A stretch of DNA of 63,394 nucleotides, filler included, from Globobulimina sp. (GCA_003354225.1; 43 parts of 43 records of this genome joined end to end with filler, not necessarily neighbours in it), one strand, 5' to 3'; counted from the whole stretch's first letter, positions 11,825-25,117 are shown. Notes: generated by a model not told the origin, from the letters alone. A program made the numbers and translations.

Positions 11825-12177
11825 AACGATTCTCCGCTAAGATTCATTTTTCGGAAATTAATTTTCTTCAATTTTGTGCATTTGTAGCCAATCTGTTTCC
11901 TATTTGATGATATTGCTGATCCTTTCTGATCTTTTTCGAATTTATTTATCCGATACAGCAATTGCTGCGTTACGTTCTCCAATGTATTGAGTCTTTGTGA
12001 TAGTTGATTGACTTTATATTTATCATTTGATTCACTTGGATAGCCAATCAAACACCATTCTGGATCATAACTACTATCTAATTCCGATATGAATGTAGTT
12101 GTCGAAACTACTGATCGTTGTAAATCATGTTCACGAGATAAGAATTCTCCCAATGAAATTTGATTAACACTCGACAT
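11825..12177 (-). CDS. Hypothetical protein (3' truncated)
   Basis: ATG-initiated ORF with a short coiled segment; no recognised motif. Confidence 0.4.
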
Positions 12178-12435
12178 TATCTCAAAATAGGTTTTTAGCA
12201 GTTCAGCTACCTAAATGCTACCAAGTTGACGTCAGAAACGATAATTTGATTGTAATTGATAATTGCATTGATCATGAGAGCAAGAAATGGTTCAATGTTC
12301 ATAATCGAATGAAATTAAATTTCAAAAAAAAAAACAACGGTAAGGATTAATAATATAAATATAAACACATCGAAAAAACCAAAATTAAATCACGCTCACT
12401 TATTTTATTACATTTAATACAAAAAAACACCTCTG

Positions 12436-13163
12436 TCAATAATCTTCCTCATGATATTGTTGCAATGAATTTTTTATTGTATCATACCACCGATCCGCAT
12501 CTGCCTCATTTTTAGCAACAAATAATACAATCCGATCTACAAAAAAAACAAAACTGCAAACTATAAAAATACATATAAAACGCACACATAACTTTGTCCG
12601 ATGATCTTAATCCATATATTTTTATATTTACCCGGTAAATGTGTCATGATCTCCTGATTCCGGTGCGAAATAAACGTCACATTAATCAACTTTGTGTCAG
12701 CATCATCGAGCTGCGAGTCTGAATAATACAGCTTCCGTTTCGTAGGTACATACATCACATACTTCAGTCTCGGCGCCTTACTGAACTTAATATTATTCAT
12801 CCCATCGCCAATAAACTTCCACAACGTGCCATCAATATAACTGTTTTTCTTCCGTTTCTCATTATTATTCTTATAACTGATCAATTCCTGTATGGCCATA
12901 TTGCTCGCAGACGACAACTGCTTCAATTCCATTCTCTTATTTTCCACTTCATTTTGGATTTGCGCATACAATTTGGTCAAAGTCAATATCTCATTCTGCT
13001 GATCCTTTATTTTATGTTTATATTTCTTCTCTTTCCCCTTCAATTTCACCTCCATTTTATGCTGATTCCGCTCAAATCGGTTCGCCATATCTTCCCATCG
13101 ATGTGCTTTGCTTTGCCACAGAAACATTTGTTCCCTCAACAGATTGTATTCATCCATGCTCAC
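12436..13163 (-). CDS. Coiled-coil + PH-like domain protein (intron 12537..12592)
   Basis: IDGTLWKF...KYVMY...LYYSD; the spliced C-terminus RIVLFVAKNEADADRWYDTIKN is a typical PH terminal helix. Confidence 0.7.
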
Positions 13164-13460
13164 CGTACCTACATCGGCTTTATTACTCTTATAATTATAT
13201 TNNNNNNNNNNNNNNNNNNNNNNNNNNNNNNNNNNNNNNNNNNNNTTAATTAATTAANNNNNNNNNNNNNNNNNNNNNNNNNNNNNNNNNNNNNNNNNNN
13301 NTTTATTAATTGTAATGAAAGGCAATATTCTAACAATGAAAAAACAATTTTAGTAGCAACTTTATTAATAACACGAAAGAAATTGAAATTACAGTTGTGT
13401 GCTTACATCACTTACTATGAAAAAAACTGTTTCCCATAAAATATTTGTTGAAATGTTATT

Positions 13461-14060
13461 TTACATATATTTCAATAAATATTTCGGTGTGAAAACGTTT
13501 TTTTTGAGCAATATGCAATGTGGCACATAAGATGTATAAATATACCATGCAGCAGCCACTCCGCAAACAGTACAATGGCATAAATTTTTGAATGTTTCTA
13601 AATTCCAATACAGTGAGATCATCAAAACAAAGTAAATGACGTACGATTGAGTGATATTCTGCGAACCCAACAATATTGCAACAGAACCGCCCCATATTAA
13701 TATCCATACAATCTGCGCAGCCATCATTAGCAAAGCCACCCATATGATGCCCGTGTACTGTTTGATAATATCGCTGGCGATGGCTATCAAAGCCTGCGCG
13801 AAAGGGATCCGATGCCATACTCTCCACATATAAAACGCAAAAAAAACTGTATTATTAATTCTACAAAATATAATAAAATTATTAGCAACAATAAAATTAC
13901 GCCATTGATAATCAATCACTAAATGATAAGCATATAACTAAATTTGCCCATCGTAAACTTAATAATAATGCCAGCAGATCTCCGTAATATTATGATCCAT
14001 AAATTTCACATAACAGCACCCATTGCACCACAAACAAAAATAATTAATAGCTGTTGGGGG
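13461..14060 (-). CDS. Choline transporter-like (CTL/SLC44) fragment, possibly degenerate
   Basis: RIPFAQALIAIA, ISLYWNLETFKNLCHCTVCGVAAAWY. The upstream hydrophobic segment contains stops. Confidence 0.75.
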
Positions 14061-14289
14061 AGGAATTTGTCCCACTGAATCTGAGCCAAACCATATAATA
14101 TCTTTGTATAAATGATGATATGTTTGATTTTCTGATGCATAATAATTGATTCATATTCCTGTATATAATTAATTGTTGTGTATATATCGTCAAAATAATA
14201 AAACAGAGACCAAAGAACATGTCAACCTTAACTTCATAAAATCTGCTGCTATAAAAGTGATTGAAATTGCTTGTAGAGCTGTCTATATT

Positions 14290-14367
14290 ATTCGCTTAGC
14301 TCAATAAGAGCACTGGAATGGATGTATATGCCCAGAAGATTCAGGTTCAAATCCTGAGGCGACCCCA
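14290..14367 (+). repeat. tRNA-like element (tRNA pseudogene or SINE head), copy 1
   Basis: A-box TAGCTCAATAAGAGC; T-arm TCAGG-TTCAAAT-CCTGA; 3' GGCGACCCCA; anticodon loop abnormally long. Confidence 0.75.
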
Positions 14368-15581
14368 AAGACTCAAATTAATTAATTGATTGGGAATGAA
14401 AATGGAAAAATGTATTTGGTGGTAATAATTAAGTATGTAACAAACAACCTGTTACAACCACCAAATACAAACAAAGAAAGAATATGATTTGGAGTTGAAT
14501 TGATATGATGATGCCTTGTACCTGGACATGGTCATCATCATCATATGATTTTATTGGATGGATAAATAAAAATTTGAGATGGATGAAAATTAGATTGAAT
14601 TGTATGGGATTAGATTAGAAAAAAATAGATTTGGATGAATTGGATGAAAATGAATGTTTGATGGTTTTGATGATGGCGNNNNNNNNNNNNNNNNNNNNNN
14701 NNNNNNNNNNNNNNNNNNNNNNTTAATTAATTAANNNNNNNNNNNNNNNNNNNNNNNNNNNNNNNNNNNNNNNNNNNNTTAATTTTTTGTTTGCACTCCA
14801 ATCCCCTCTCAGTTATAATTAAATTTGTCCCCAATATGCAACTTTTATTTAAACCCCTGTTTCTCCCCTACCCCAACCACTGTTTCTCCACTATTTTGTT
14901 GATTATTGCACTGTTTTACTTTACCGATTATGTGTTTTCCCGTCAGTGCCCTCAGAACTTATATAGCATAGACCTATATTTTTCAGCAACAATCAAATTT
15001 TTATTTAATTTACTTTAGTATTTTTTTTTGTGTATGTTTTTGATTTCTGAGGAAACACAATCTGAGCAATTGTTTATGTATTTTATGGCGATGGATTATT
15101 AGCAAGTAAATATTCTCTTGTTTTTTTAAATAAAAGTTGTCGATTAATTTTACATTCTTATTTGTTTTTTCAATTATTAAATTACTCCTATTATTTTTTC
15201 AAATTGTAAAAGGCTATTTAGCAAAGTCCTTAAACCCAATATTAACCCTTTGCTCCCTACAAGGACCCTAGATGGACCATGGTGCGAAGACCAATATTAC
15301 CCTTGCAACTGTACCATATTCCATATTGTTTTTGAAAAAAATTTGAAAAAAATCTAAAAATTATGTGTAATTACTAAAATATTTGATATAAATAACTAAA
15401 TATTAATATTGTTGTTTTGAATGTAGCTGCTGACGAATGTAGCGGCGATAAGTTGTTGCGTGCAATGCAATAATAACAAAGAATTTCTGACTTTTTATTG
15501 TACAGTGATAACTTTGCTTCATGAAAACTTTTCTTTAATTTTAGTGAAGAAAGCTTCCTTCAAATGTTAAACAAAAGTAAA

Positions 15582-16155
15582 ATGAAGCAAATGATGGTTT
15601 CTATAATAATTACTTATGTGATGTTAATGAATGCAACACAACTTCGGACAAACAGTTCTTTATCAGAAATACCACCAGAAATCGTTACAGAGATTACAAA
15701 ATTTATGAATGTAAAACAAATTTCAAGATTGTTGATCGCCGATCCAAGCTTACAAACAACAGTTCCTCAGACATTTCATCCTCAATCATGTACGGAAGCA
15801 ACTGAATATTTACTGACTACCATGTATTCGATATCAACACGATTCACTCCAAATATTAGTATTCTGACGTCTCATTTAAGGCAATTGGCATTACCGCAAA
15901 AGGAATTTCGTGCCTGGCAAATGTTGGCAGGGTTACATTTTATGTTTATGAATAAACTCACACATCACATCAAATTATTTATGATGGATCCAACAATGGA
16001 TTTTGATGTATTATTAAGAATAAGAACAGATTATTACAGAAATCGGGTGGTAAAAGAAATTGGTCGTCGAATGCACGCAACACAGAAAATGCATAATTTG
16101 CGAAATTGGTTGCAAATTAATAACTGTATTGACGTGAAAACACAACAAATAAAAA
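15582..16155 (+). CDS. Putative signal peptide + F-box-like motif protein (3' truncated)
   Basis: MKQMMVSIIITYVMLMNA followed by LSEIPPEIVTEITKFMNVKQISRL. Confidence 0.5.
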
Positions 16156-16255
16156 NNNNNNNNNNNNNNNNNNNNNNNNNNNNNNNNNNNNNNNNNNNNT
16201 TAATTAATTAANNNNNNNNNNNNNNNNNNNNNNNNNNNNNNNNNNNNNNNNNNNN

Positions 16256-17473
16256 AGCTATGAGATGGATTTACTTCTCATCACCACAAAATTCATACAC
16301 TGCAATATTTGACAAAATTAATCAACTTATTGCACACAATCATGATGAAGTTAAATTTGATTTATAATATTAAATTAATATAAGATTTTCAGTCAAGTGA
16401 AGTTTCATATTTTTATTGTCATATCATGTGTCTTGGTAAATCATTCGCGCCTAAAAACTGGCAAATTGCATACGAATTACATGGCTTTCGCCGTGTTGGT
16501 TTGTACGGATTAACACAAATTATATTCACATTGATTGGAATCTTAATCATATTTTTTGGGCATTCCGTATTTAATCTAAAATTGCCATACCAAATATTAC
16601 TCGGTGGGTCAATAATTATCTTATTTAACATAATTCCAAATGGGAAACCATTTATATTCAATTTGTATAAAATTGGGCGTGAATATATAACATTTGATGC
16701 AGATAAACGTGAAATATATGTATTATCTACAAAGTTTGCAGGTTTTTTAAATAGAAAAAAGTTAATTTGTTCCTACTCACAATTCCGTGGTGTTGCAGTT
16801 CATTATAAAACAAAGGAAATATTATTTTTATGCAAACGCAGAGAATCATTGCTACTCAAATCTGTCGGTGAGGTATTACCAAACAACCATAGTAACATGG
16901 AACATATTTTAGGTATAAACTATAATTTCATTCTAATTAAAATCTATGTTTTTGCATATTGCTTTACAATGGATATAAATGTGAGGTTATTTGGAGGAAA
17001 AAGTAACAACTTAGTTCTCAGAATAAATCATAACAATGACATTTATATCCATTAATATTCTAAAACAATGTATCATTTTCGTGTTTTGTTTTGATTGCTA
17101 TTTAGAGGAATTATCATTATTTTGGTTTACAACAATTAATGATGAAAATAAATGTTTTTTCGGTGTTACATATATTCCGTTTGAAGGTATTGCATTACAT
17201 TGGTTTAATTTTGTTTTGCTTTGCTTATATCTCTGTAATTATATATTACTTAATTCAGATGGAATTGTGGCAGAAGGAAATGTGCGAATAGATACTGATT
17301 ATGATTATTATTTAAAAAGTAAGAAAAAAAGCGTTTATGTGAGTGCAAATGGGAAAGATGAAGGAGTCTATTTACAAGAAAATGAAGATATTTACATGAA
17401 GGATATCGAAGGCGATTCTATTAATGTTGAGTCGGATGAAGGTGAACATCAACATATTGTTGATTATGTTTGA
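16256..17473 (+). CDS. Multi-exon hypothetical membrane protein
   Basis: Two hydrophobic helices in 16426..16910; GT/AG-bounded AT-rich interruptions; acidic C-terminus ending at 17473. Confidence 0.5.
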
Positions 17474-17732
17474 TGCTTTTTGTTATCATCATTGTACTGT
17501 TTCTATTTAACATTTTACGACGAATAAAGTCTTTGGTGGTATTGTTCGATCAGACTTTATATACTTGTTAGTAGACTTTTTTTTGCAAAAAAACAATGAA
17601 AGCCGACTAATGTCGAATCTAATACAAGATTTNNNNNNNNNNNNNNNNNNNNNNNNNNNNNNNNNNNNNNNNNNNNTTAATTAATTAANNNNNNNNNNNN
17701 NNNNNNNNNNNNNNNNNNNNNNNNNNNNNNNN

Positions 17733-18177
17733 GTTCTCCATTATATCTTTGTTTATGTCGATACAATGCTAATACTTTGCTGTCACACCACTGATTTGTG
17801 CAACTTTTTATTTTCCCCACACCGTAATCCATAATAATTTTAGCTGTTTTTGAGGACAATCCTTTTGCTAAGAACTGCTGAAACAGTTGTTTGAAAATCA
17901 AGTAATCTGAGTTATGAATGCAATTTGAGGCAGTAATACCAAACATTGTGTTAAACGCATCCGTAATGTCCGTAATTTGTGGTTTGGATAATTTACGTTT
18001 TTTAAAATCGTTACAATGGATCTGACCATCTGATGTAATTAATATGCGGTTTATTTCTTGAATTAATCTTTTTTTGGTTCTTCCTTTTCCGGTTTGCTTA
18101 ATGAATTTAAAGACGGCATTTGATTTTAACATATTCCGCACTTCTTTCATGGAGCTGTCTGCTCTTAATTCATCCAT
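17733..18177 (-). CDS. Hypothetical protein, paralog A of an inverted pair (3' truncated)
   Basis: Shares MFGITASNCIHNSDYLIF...RYNGE with 18559..19109. Confidence 0.6.
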
Positions 18178-18558
18178 TGTGTTTGTTGCAAATATTGGGT
18201 TTAACCGGAGATAACTTCCATAATTTAATTGACATAATTACAGTGTTACATTGCAGCTGATCTAAAAACAAGTGTTTCTAACTCTAATTTCTTGTATTTC
18301 ACTGCAATACCACTTGAGAAAAACTGTGGACATTTAATAATGCATGGCACTGATGGCAGAACCAATAAAGGCATTTAAAATTGCTGTATTAATTGATTCA
18401 GTGGTTGTCAATCAGATTGATCATTTTCATGTTGGTTTTCTTCTTCTCGATCATTGCCGATTATGTAATAGAAATAGAAATTAATTCTTCCATATTTAGC
18501 AATCATTAACTATCTCTACAACAATTTCCATATCCACTCAGCGATAATTAAAAACCTA

Positions 18559-19109
18559 ATGGATTTCTCACAAAAACACCACATGTTTGGTATTACTGCC
18601 TCAAATTGCATTCATAACTCAGATTACTTGATTTTCAAACAACTGTTTCAGCAGTTCTTAGCAAAAGGATTGTCCTCAAACACAGCTAAAATTATTATGG
18701 ATTACGGTGTGGGGAAAATAAAAAGTTGCACAAATCAGTGGTGTGACAGTAAAGTATTAGCATTTTATCAACGTAAAGCAAGATATAATGGAGAACAACA
18801 TTATTGTCAAAGTTGTTTGAGTCAGAAACGGAAATGTACATATTTAATATATGAAAATGGACAAAAACAACAATGTAATAACAACATTTGGTGTACAACA
18901 AATAAGTTCAAATTATGTGAGGTTTGTGGGACGACATTGATATGTTCAAAACACTTTGATGACTTAATCAGATGTTCGACATGTGGCAGTATAGCATGTT
19001 GTAGTAATGACAAATGCGATTTTATTCATTGTGAAAGATGTGAAAGCTTACTTTGTAACAAATGTTTGCAATCTGCTGATGATTTATATGGTGGATATAA
19101 AAGATGCAA
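18559..19109 (+). CDS. Cys-rich (multiple CxxC) protein, paralog B of the inverted pair, lacking A's N-terminus
   Basis: CQSC, CEVC, CSTC, CERC, CNKC motifs; 214-bp near-identity to 17733..17946. Confidence 0.6.
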
Positions 19110-19209
19110 NNNNNNNNNNNNNNNNNNNNNNNNNNNNNNNNNNNNNNNNNNNNTTAATTAATTAANNNNNNNNNNNNNNNNNNNNNNNNNNNNNNNNNNN
19201 NNNNNNNNN

Positions 19210-19430
19210 AGTTCCTCCATTCGTTGATACACATTCTCTTCTTTTACTTCCTCCCTTTCTTGTTTTGAATTTCTTTTTTCTTTTTCTACAAATTCCATAC
19301 ATTTCTCAATATTCCCACCATATTCAATAAAATCCTCATATGATATTTCATAGCCAGTCGATAAAAAAAATTCGTATTCTTTCAACCACTTTAAATTGCT
19401 ATCCACGGTTTTACTGTTCGTATTACCCAT
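19210..19430 (-). CDS. Protein with putative N-myristoylation signal (5' partial)
   Basis: Starts MGNTNSK (MGxxxS). Confidence 0.5.
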
Positions 19431-19563
19431 TTCACACAGAAATGAACACTTTATTTGTTTGTCAAGGAAGGATGCGGTTTACCAGCTGGCTATTTAAGTG
19501 CAAATAAATGTAGAAAAAAGTGAGTAAAGCTTTCTGCTGAAAAACAGTGTTACTGTCAGAGCT

Positions 19564-20586
19564 ATGGCAGAACAACCAAAGCCACAACGATTTGAAACAA
19601 TATATAATGTAGTTCGAAGATCAAGAAAAAGATACAAATTAATTGACAGTATTGTTGAGAAAAAAACAGCACCGCCACAACATTGTGATGAAGAAAAGAA
19701 ACAAAGTGAACCAAAACAAAGAAGAACACGCAAACATGCTTGGTCTCACACAGTGTCACGTCAAAAGGCAGCAGAATTATCACGGGATCGTTTACTATGC
19801 GGAAACAAAGAAAATAGCGACAAATTAGTAACAAAATATATACGCGATTTGGATAAGGAATTAAATTTATCCATTCCAGACTGCATAATTGCAATATGTT
19901 TGCATTGTTTTTATGAAGCAACAAATGTAATATTTAGTGATTATGATCATAGAATATCTCATTATGTCTCAATCTCAAACAAAGGCAAAATGGTGGATAT
20001 ATCCGCACGAACAATATACGTATTCAGTGCTGATGGATATATGTCAGGTCATCATATTTGGCACATTAAATGTCACCGAGTTTATAACTGTCAGGCTTTG
20101 GGGATTTGTGAACATAAAAACAGTGACTATCGATATGGAGAGAATATATTTGATGTCACATTGAATCAACAATTGGGTCAATATATAGTTGTCTTTTTAT
20201 TATAAACCAACACCAAAACAAGTAAGCTGTTGGAAACACTGTTGTATAAATAATAAATTATTACTTTATAATACTTCGTACTTGTTTTGGTGTTGTTGTC
20301 TGTGATTAGGTGATCGGTATATTTATGCCGGAGATAGCGGACATTCATGGAAAGGAAGTGATGAGTTGAGGCCCTATGTTTGCTCAGTTATCGGTGATAA
20401 GGAATATTATTCAAAGCAATTAAAATTACGAAATTCTCGATGGTGTGTTGGTGATATAATTACTGTTGAAATGGATTTGGGTGTCGGCCGCAAAGATGAT
20501 AACACAAAAAAAAGTATTATGTTTTATAAAAATGGTAAGGCGTTATGTGAAACAATAAGAATAGTTAAACAATGTGTGTATTATCC
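19564..20586 (+). CDS. SPRY/B30.2-like domain protein (intron 20177..20309)
   Basis: SGHHIWHIKC...ALGI...GDIITVEMDL...IMFYKNGK; the splice keeps frame. Confidence 0.7.
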
Positions 20587-20686
20587 NNNNNNNNNNNNNN
20601 NNNNNNNNNNNNNNNNNNNNNNNNNNNNNNTTAATTAATTAANNNNNNNNNNNNNNNNNNNNNNNNNNNNNNNNNNNNNNNNNNNN

Positions 20687-22063
20687 TCTCTATTTTTTTC
20701 CCCAGTGAATGCAAGTTCAATTTTCTCCTTTTCTCTCTTTACAAAGAATACTGGCAAGAAATATTTAATATCCTCCACAAAAAACCTTGTCCCCCATCCA
20801 TTATTGCATAAATATACTCTGATTTCATTTGCAGAGAAACACTGAAATGAAAATGTTAAACCAAATGGTTTTTGTGTATTTATATTTATATCCTGTTTCT
20901 CGTTTAATTTCGGCAATGTACTGATTCTTAAATTTTGTATCAACGATTCATTTAACAATTTTCTTTGATTTGCTTCAAAACATTTCCCTTTGTCATTTAA
21001 TTGAAATGCATAACATTTATCCGTTGCTTTGCCACCGCCATACCTTCGATCAATGACTAATATTCCACGCTGGTTCCGCTTCCCTGCAAATATTGTATTT
21101 ATCGCTTGCAACATTGTACGGTTTGCTGTACCAAGCGAAATATCCATACAATCCATCTTATTTTTGATTTTTGATAACCTTTTACTAATATCTCCAATAT
21201 TTACAACTGAATTCGTTTTTTCTTCACAAAATGTATCTTGTTCATCATCACTGTTCTTCGCATCATCAATATCATCCTCATCCTCATCATCCCAATTAAT
21301 CAATTTATATTTTCTGGGGATAATAATCACATCAATTTGGGCCGGCATTGTCTGCGAATTCTTTTGCTGCACAAATTCCTCAATAAATGTATAACACTGC
21401 AATATATATTCACTAATTTGCATAATATCATCGTCAACTTAATACAGTACAATTTACAAAATAAAATATGTATAAAATAATATAAATATACATATATACC
21501 GAAAGCCATGCGTGCTTTCATAGGAACATTATGTAATAACCGCCGTGGAAATACAGTGATCGCCGCTTGGCACATTTCCAAAAACTTCCTCTGCTGCGAC
21601 TGTGTATAGTCGCTCAACCAACTCACAATTCCTTTACATTTCTCCTTTACAAATTGTGCGGGCTCAATTGCCAGCTCTTGAAAACTTTGATTGAATGCCA
21701 CCTCAAACTCTTTACCAGTGTACTGCTGCCGCTTTAATTTTAATATTAACCGCTTTCGTTTCTGTATTCGATATCTATTAAAGGCGTCGTTTAAATATAT
21801 TAACAAAGGTTGATTACGGTTTTGTTTCCCGATGGCGATGACGGCATAGGTTGCTTTATCTAATTCTTTATCAACGTTGCAACCGCCACCCGCTGGCATC
21901 AAATCGGGACAGTATTTCAGTAATTGCTCTTTAATAAATTGCAAATCCGCATCCTTCACTTTGATGTTATATTTTTTAAATATCTCTGCAAAGCCAACGC
22001 CTTCATCAATGATGCCATTATCCGCAGTCTGCTCTGCTTTGCCATCATACTTTCCTTTAATGG
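20687..22063 (-). CDS. Two-exon hypothetical protein (both ends truncated)
   Basis: Two long ORFs joined by an AT-rich intron-like block near 21400-21495. Confidence 0.6.
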
Positions 22064-22353
22064 NNNNNNNNNNNNNNNNNNNNNNNNNNNNNNNNNNNNN
22101 NNNNNNNTTAATTAATTAANNNNNNNNNNNNNNNNNNNNNNNNNNNNNNNNNNNNNNNNNNNNGGATAGCATTCCATTTGATGTTTGTAATCAAATGCCA
22201 TAATTTAATTAACAAACTAGGAAAATGTCAAGTCTGAGATAAAGTTTTTTACAATTCGCATTTCCATCTTGTCATTAACGACAACATCGAACAAAAGAAA
22301 TAGAGCCATACATACATTCAATATACCATCAACTCACCACCAGCTAACCTAAA

Positions 22354-23186
22354 ATGCCAAGTTATTCAGTACGTAGACAACGCATCAAAGAATTCAAGGA
22401 TATCTGTGCCGGCGCCAGCGACAATATCGCCCAACAAGTGTTGGAACATAACGTATGTGGCTTCGCTACGCAATATCGCATGTACACCACCACTATAATC
22501 ACACTATAACAATACTGCAGACCTGGAATGTGCAACAAGCCATCAATCATTTTTTCAATAATCGGCATTTATATCCCGAGTTAAAGCAAGGAAATAAGAA
22601 TAAATTAAGCCGAATCTGGCGGGACTACGCCGACAAAGAGGATACGACCATAATGAGTGAGAACGGGATGATATTATTTTTTCGAGAGAATGGCATCAAT
22701 CCGGAATCGCACGAAACGTTGGCCATTGCGTGGCATTTACAGTCGTCTGAAATGGGCTTATTTCAAAAAGATGAGTTTATTTCTGGCTTCTCCAAATCGG
22801 GCTGTTCCGACAAACGCGACATAAAAAAGCAAATCGGACAAGTTTGCCGCTCACTTTCTGACGCCACGCAATTTAAAGCTTTTTATAAATGGGTCTTCCA
22901 TCACGTTAAAGAAGACGATAAGAAAAAGACTGTGCCCACGCCTTTGGCGGTGCAGTTATGGCAAATTGTGCTACAAAAACATAAGAATCAAATGGCGCTT
23001 CTTCGGCCCTGGTTGGAATATTGTACGGCTGTACAGGACGGAGCCATGAAGGTCATCTCCAGGGATGTATGGGAACAAATATATGATTTTTTGAGGGAAA
23101 CACAGAGCATTAAAGACTATGACGACAATGGGGCGTGGCCGGTGGCTATCGATGAGTTTGTTGAATATTTAAATGATCAAAAGTAA
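22354..23186 (+). CDS. DCN1: DCN1-like cullin neddylation E3 (UBA-like + PONY domain; intron 22453..22520)
   Basis: WNVQQAINHFF, LAIAWHLQSSEMGLFQKDEFISG, FKAFYKWVF, ISRDVWEQIYDF, YDDNGAWPVAIDEFVEY. The 33-codon first exon is spliced in phase 0. Confidence 0.92.
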
Positions 23187-23641
23187 GATAACATATATAA
23201 TCCATAATTTTTTTGTTTTTTTTTTGTTTTGTAATAACGTACCCATTCCATCTCAAATATAGAGCTTTGTTTATAACGGCAGTTTATAATTTTTAAGCAA
23301 AAAAAAACTTGTGCCTTAAAAAAAATAATAAGCCCGAAGTTTTTTGGAATTTGTGCGATGTGCGATGTCTGTTTATTTATGTGCTGATATCAATTCAATT
23401 GAAGAGCCTTTGCCATAAATAGTGACTGCTGCTCTGTATTTGCTTTTTTTTATATTGAATGCCTTTCCATAATCTTTATTATTGATATTAAATGATAATA
23501 ATAACGCATCCAAATCAATATTCATTGTAATAATATCACCNNNNNNNNNNNNNNNNNNNNNNNNNNNNNNNNNNNNNNNNNNNNTTAATTAATTAANNNN
23601 NNNNNNNNNNNNNNNNNNNNNNNNNNNNNNNNNNNNNNNNG

Positions 23642-25017
23642 TACTGGCAAAATGATGTATCCATCCTCAAAAAGGCATTGGAAATCTACCAAGAGCGTAT
23701 GATGGAACTATTTGATGGACTTCCCCCATTGGACCATGTCACTCTACCCTCATACTGCAAGTACGTCTACAGAAAGCTCATGATGCCTGAAAACTCAATC
23801 GCTATACTTCCACCAAATGGTTATGGCAAATGCAAATATTCGAAAACTGGTATTGCCTGGCTGGAGTGGCAATCATATCAACGTGGAATGCATATCAAAC
23901 ATGCCCTGAATAGCAATGAAGTCAAAATTGGAAAGTATCTCGTGGATGGCATGGGATTCGATCCTTCTGGCCAACCAACTGTATTTGAACATAATGGATG
24001 TGTAAGCAGCTGTTTATATATTACATGCTGAGATGATATGTATTAATTTCAGTACTTTCATGGTCACGATTGTATTTTGGACCGTCAGAAAACGTGTAAT
24101 GGAATGACCATGGATGAAAAAGATCATGAAACCATTGAGAGAGAGAAATTTCTGCGCAAAGCTGGCTACAAAGTCATATCAGTCTATGAATGTGAAGTAA
24201 AAGCTGAGATGGAAGCTGACGCTGAAATGAAACAATTCATGAATTTGGTCAAAAAGAATGCAACACCATTGAATCCCAGAGACGCCCTCCATGGTGGTCG
24301 CACCAATGCCATCAGAAAATGTTACAGACCAAAACCTGGAGAAGAAATTCTATATTTTGACATAAATGTAAGTTGAGATACCTGATGACATATACTGAGA
24401 TACATTGGTTTTCAGTCGTTGTACCCATCGGTCAACTGGTCAACAAATGGTGAACTATGGCCCATTGGCCACCCCCAAATCTACCTGCACGACTTCCCTG
24501 CCATGGACGATATTTTTGGTTTGATCAGAGGAACATTCAAACCACCTGACCAACTCTACCATCCAGTGCTTGGTGTTGCATCCAGTGATGGTCGTTATGT
24601 CTTTGGACTCTGTGGAAAATGTATTGAGGATCAAGCCACTGAACACTGCAACCATTCTGATGAGGAGAGGTATTATCAAACTAATCTTAACAATAAACTT
24701 GCATGATTGTTTACAGATACCTCAAAGGGACTTTTGTCTCAGAAGAAGTCAAACTGGCATTGGAGAAAGGCTATGAAATTGTCAACATTGAGCAGGTGTG
24801 GCATTGGCCTGAAGACCAGAGAGTTACCACTCTATTCAAAGAATACATATCAAGGGCTTACAGAGAAAAGGTTGAAGCATCTGGTGAGAGTCATAACTTT
24901 CCAAATCTATCACATATAACTATTTCAATTTTTCAGGCTGGCCTGCTAACATAGAGCAGCTTATCACTGAAAATGGAATGGCCCATCCTGACACTCAGAT
25001 TGCCATCAACTCTTGGT
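23642..25017 (+). CDS. Polinton/Maverick (adintovirus-type) protein-primed DNA polymerase B, partial, with four spliceosomal introns (24002..24052, 24368..24415, 24670..24716, 24884..24936)
   Basis: The spliced frame restores YWQNDVSIL (ExoIII), VDG..VFEHNGC|YFHGH, DALHGGRTN, YFDIN|SLYPS (motif A), PIGHP, GTFVSEEVKLALEKGY and KVEAS|GWP. Confidence 0.92.
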
Positions 25018-25117
25018 NNNNNNNNNNNNNNNNNNNNNNNNNNNNNNNNNNNNNNNNNNNNTTAATTAATTAANNNNNNNNNNNNNNNNNNNNNNNNNNN
25101 NNNNNNNNNNNNNNNNN

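Noticed and set aside
14290-14367. Functional tRNA gene
   Set aside because: No 7-nt anticodon loop and an imperfect acceptor stem; no anticodon can be assigned.
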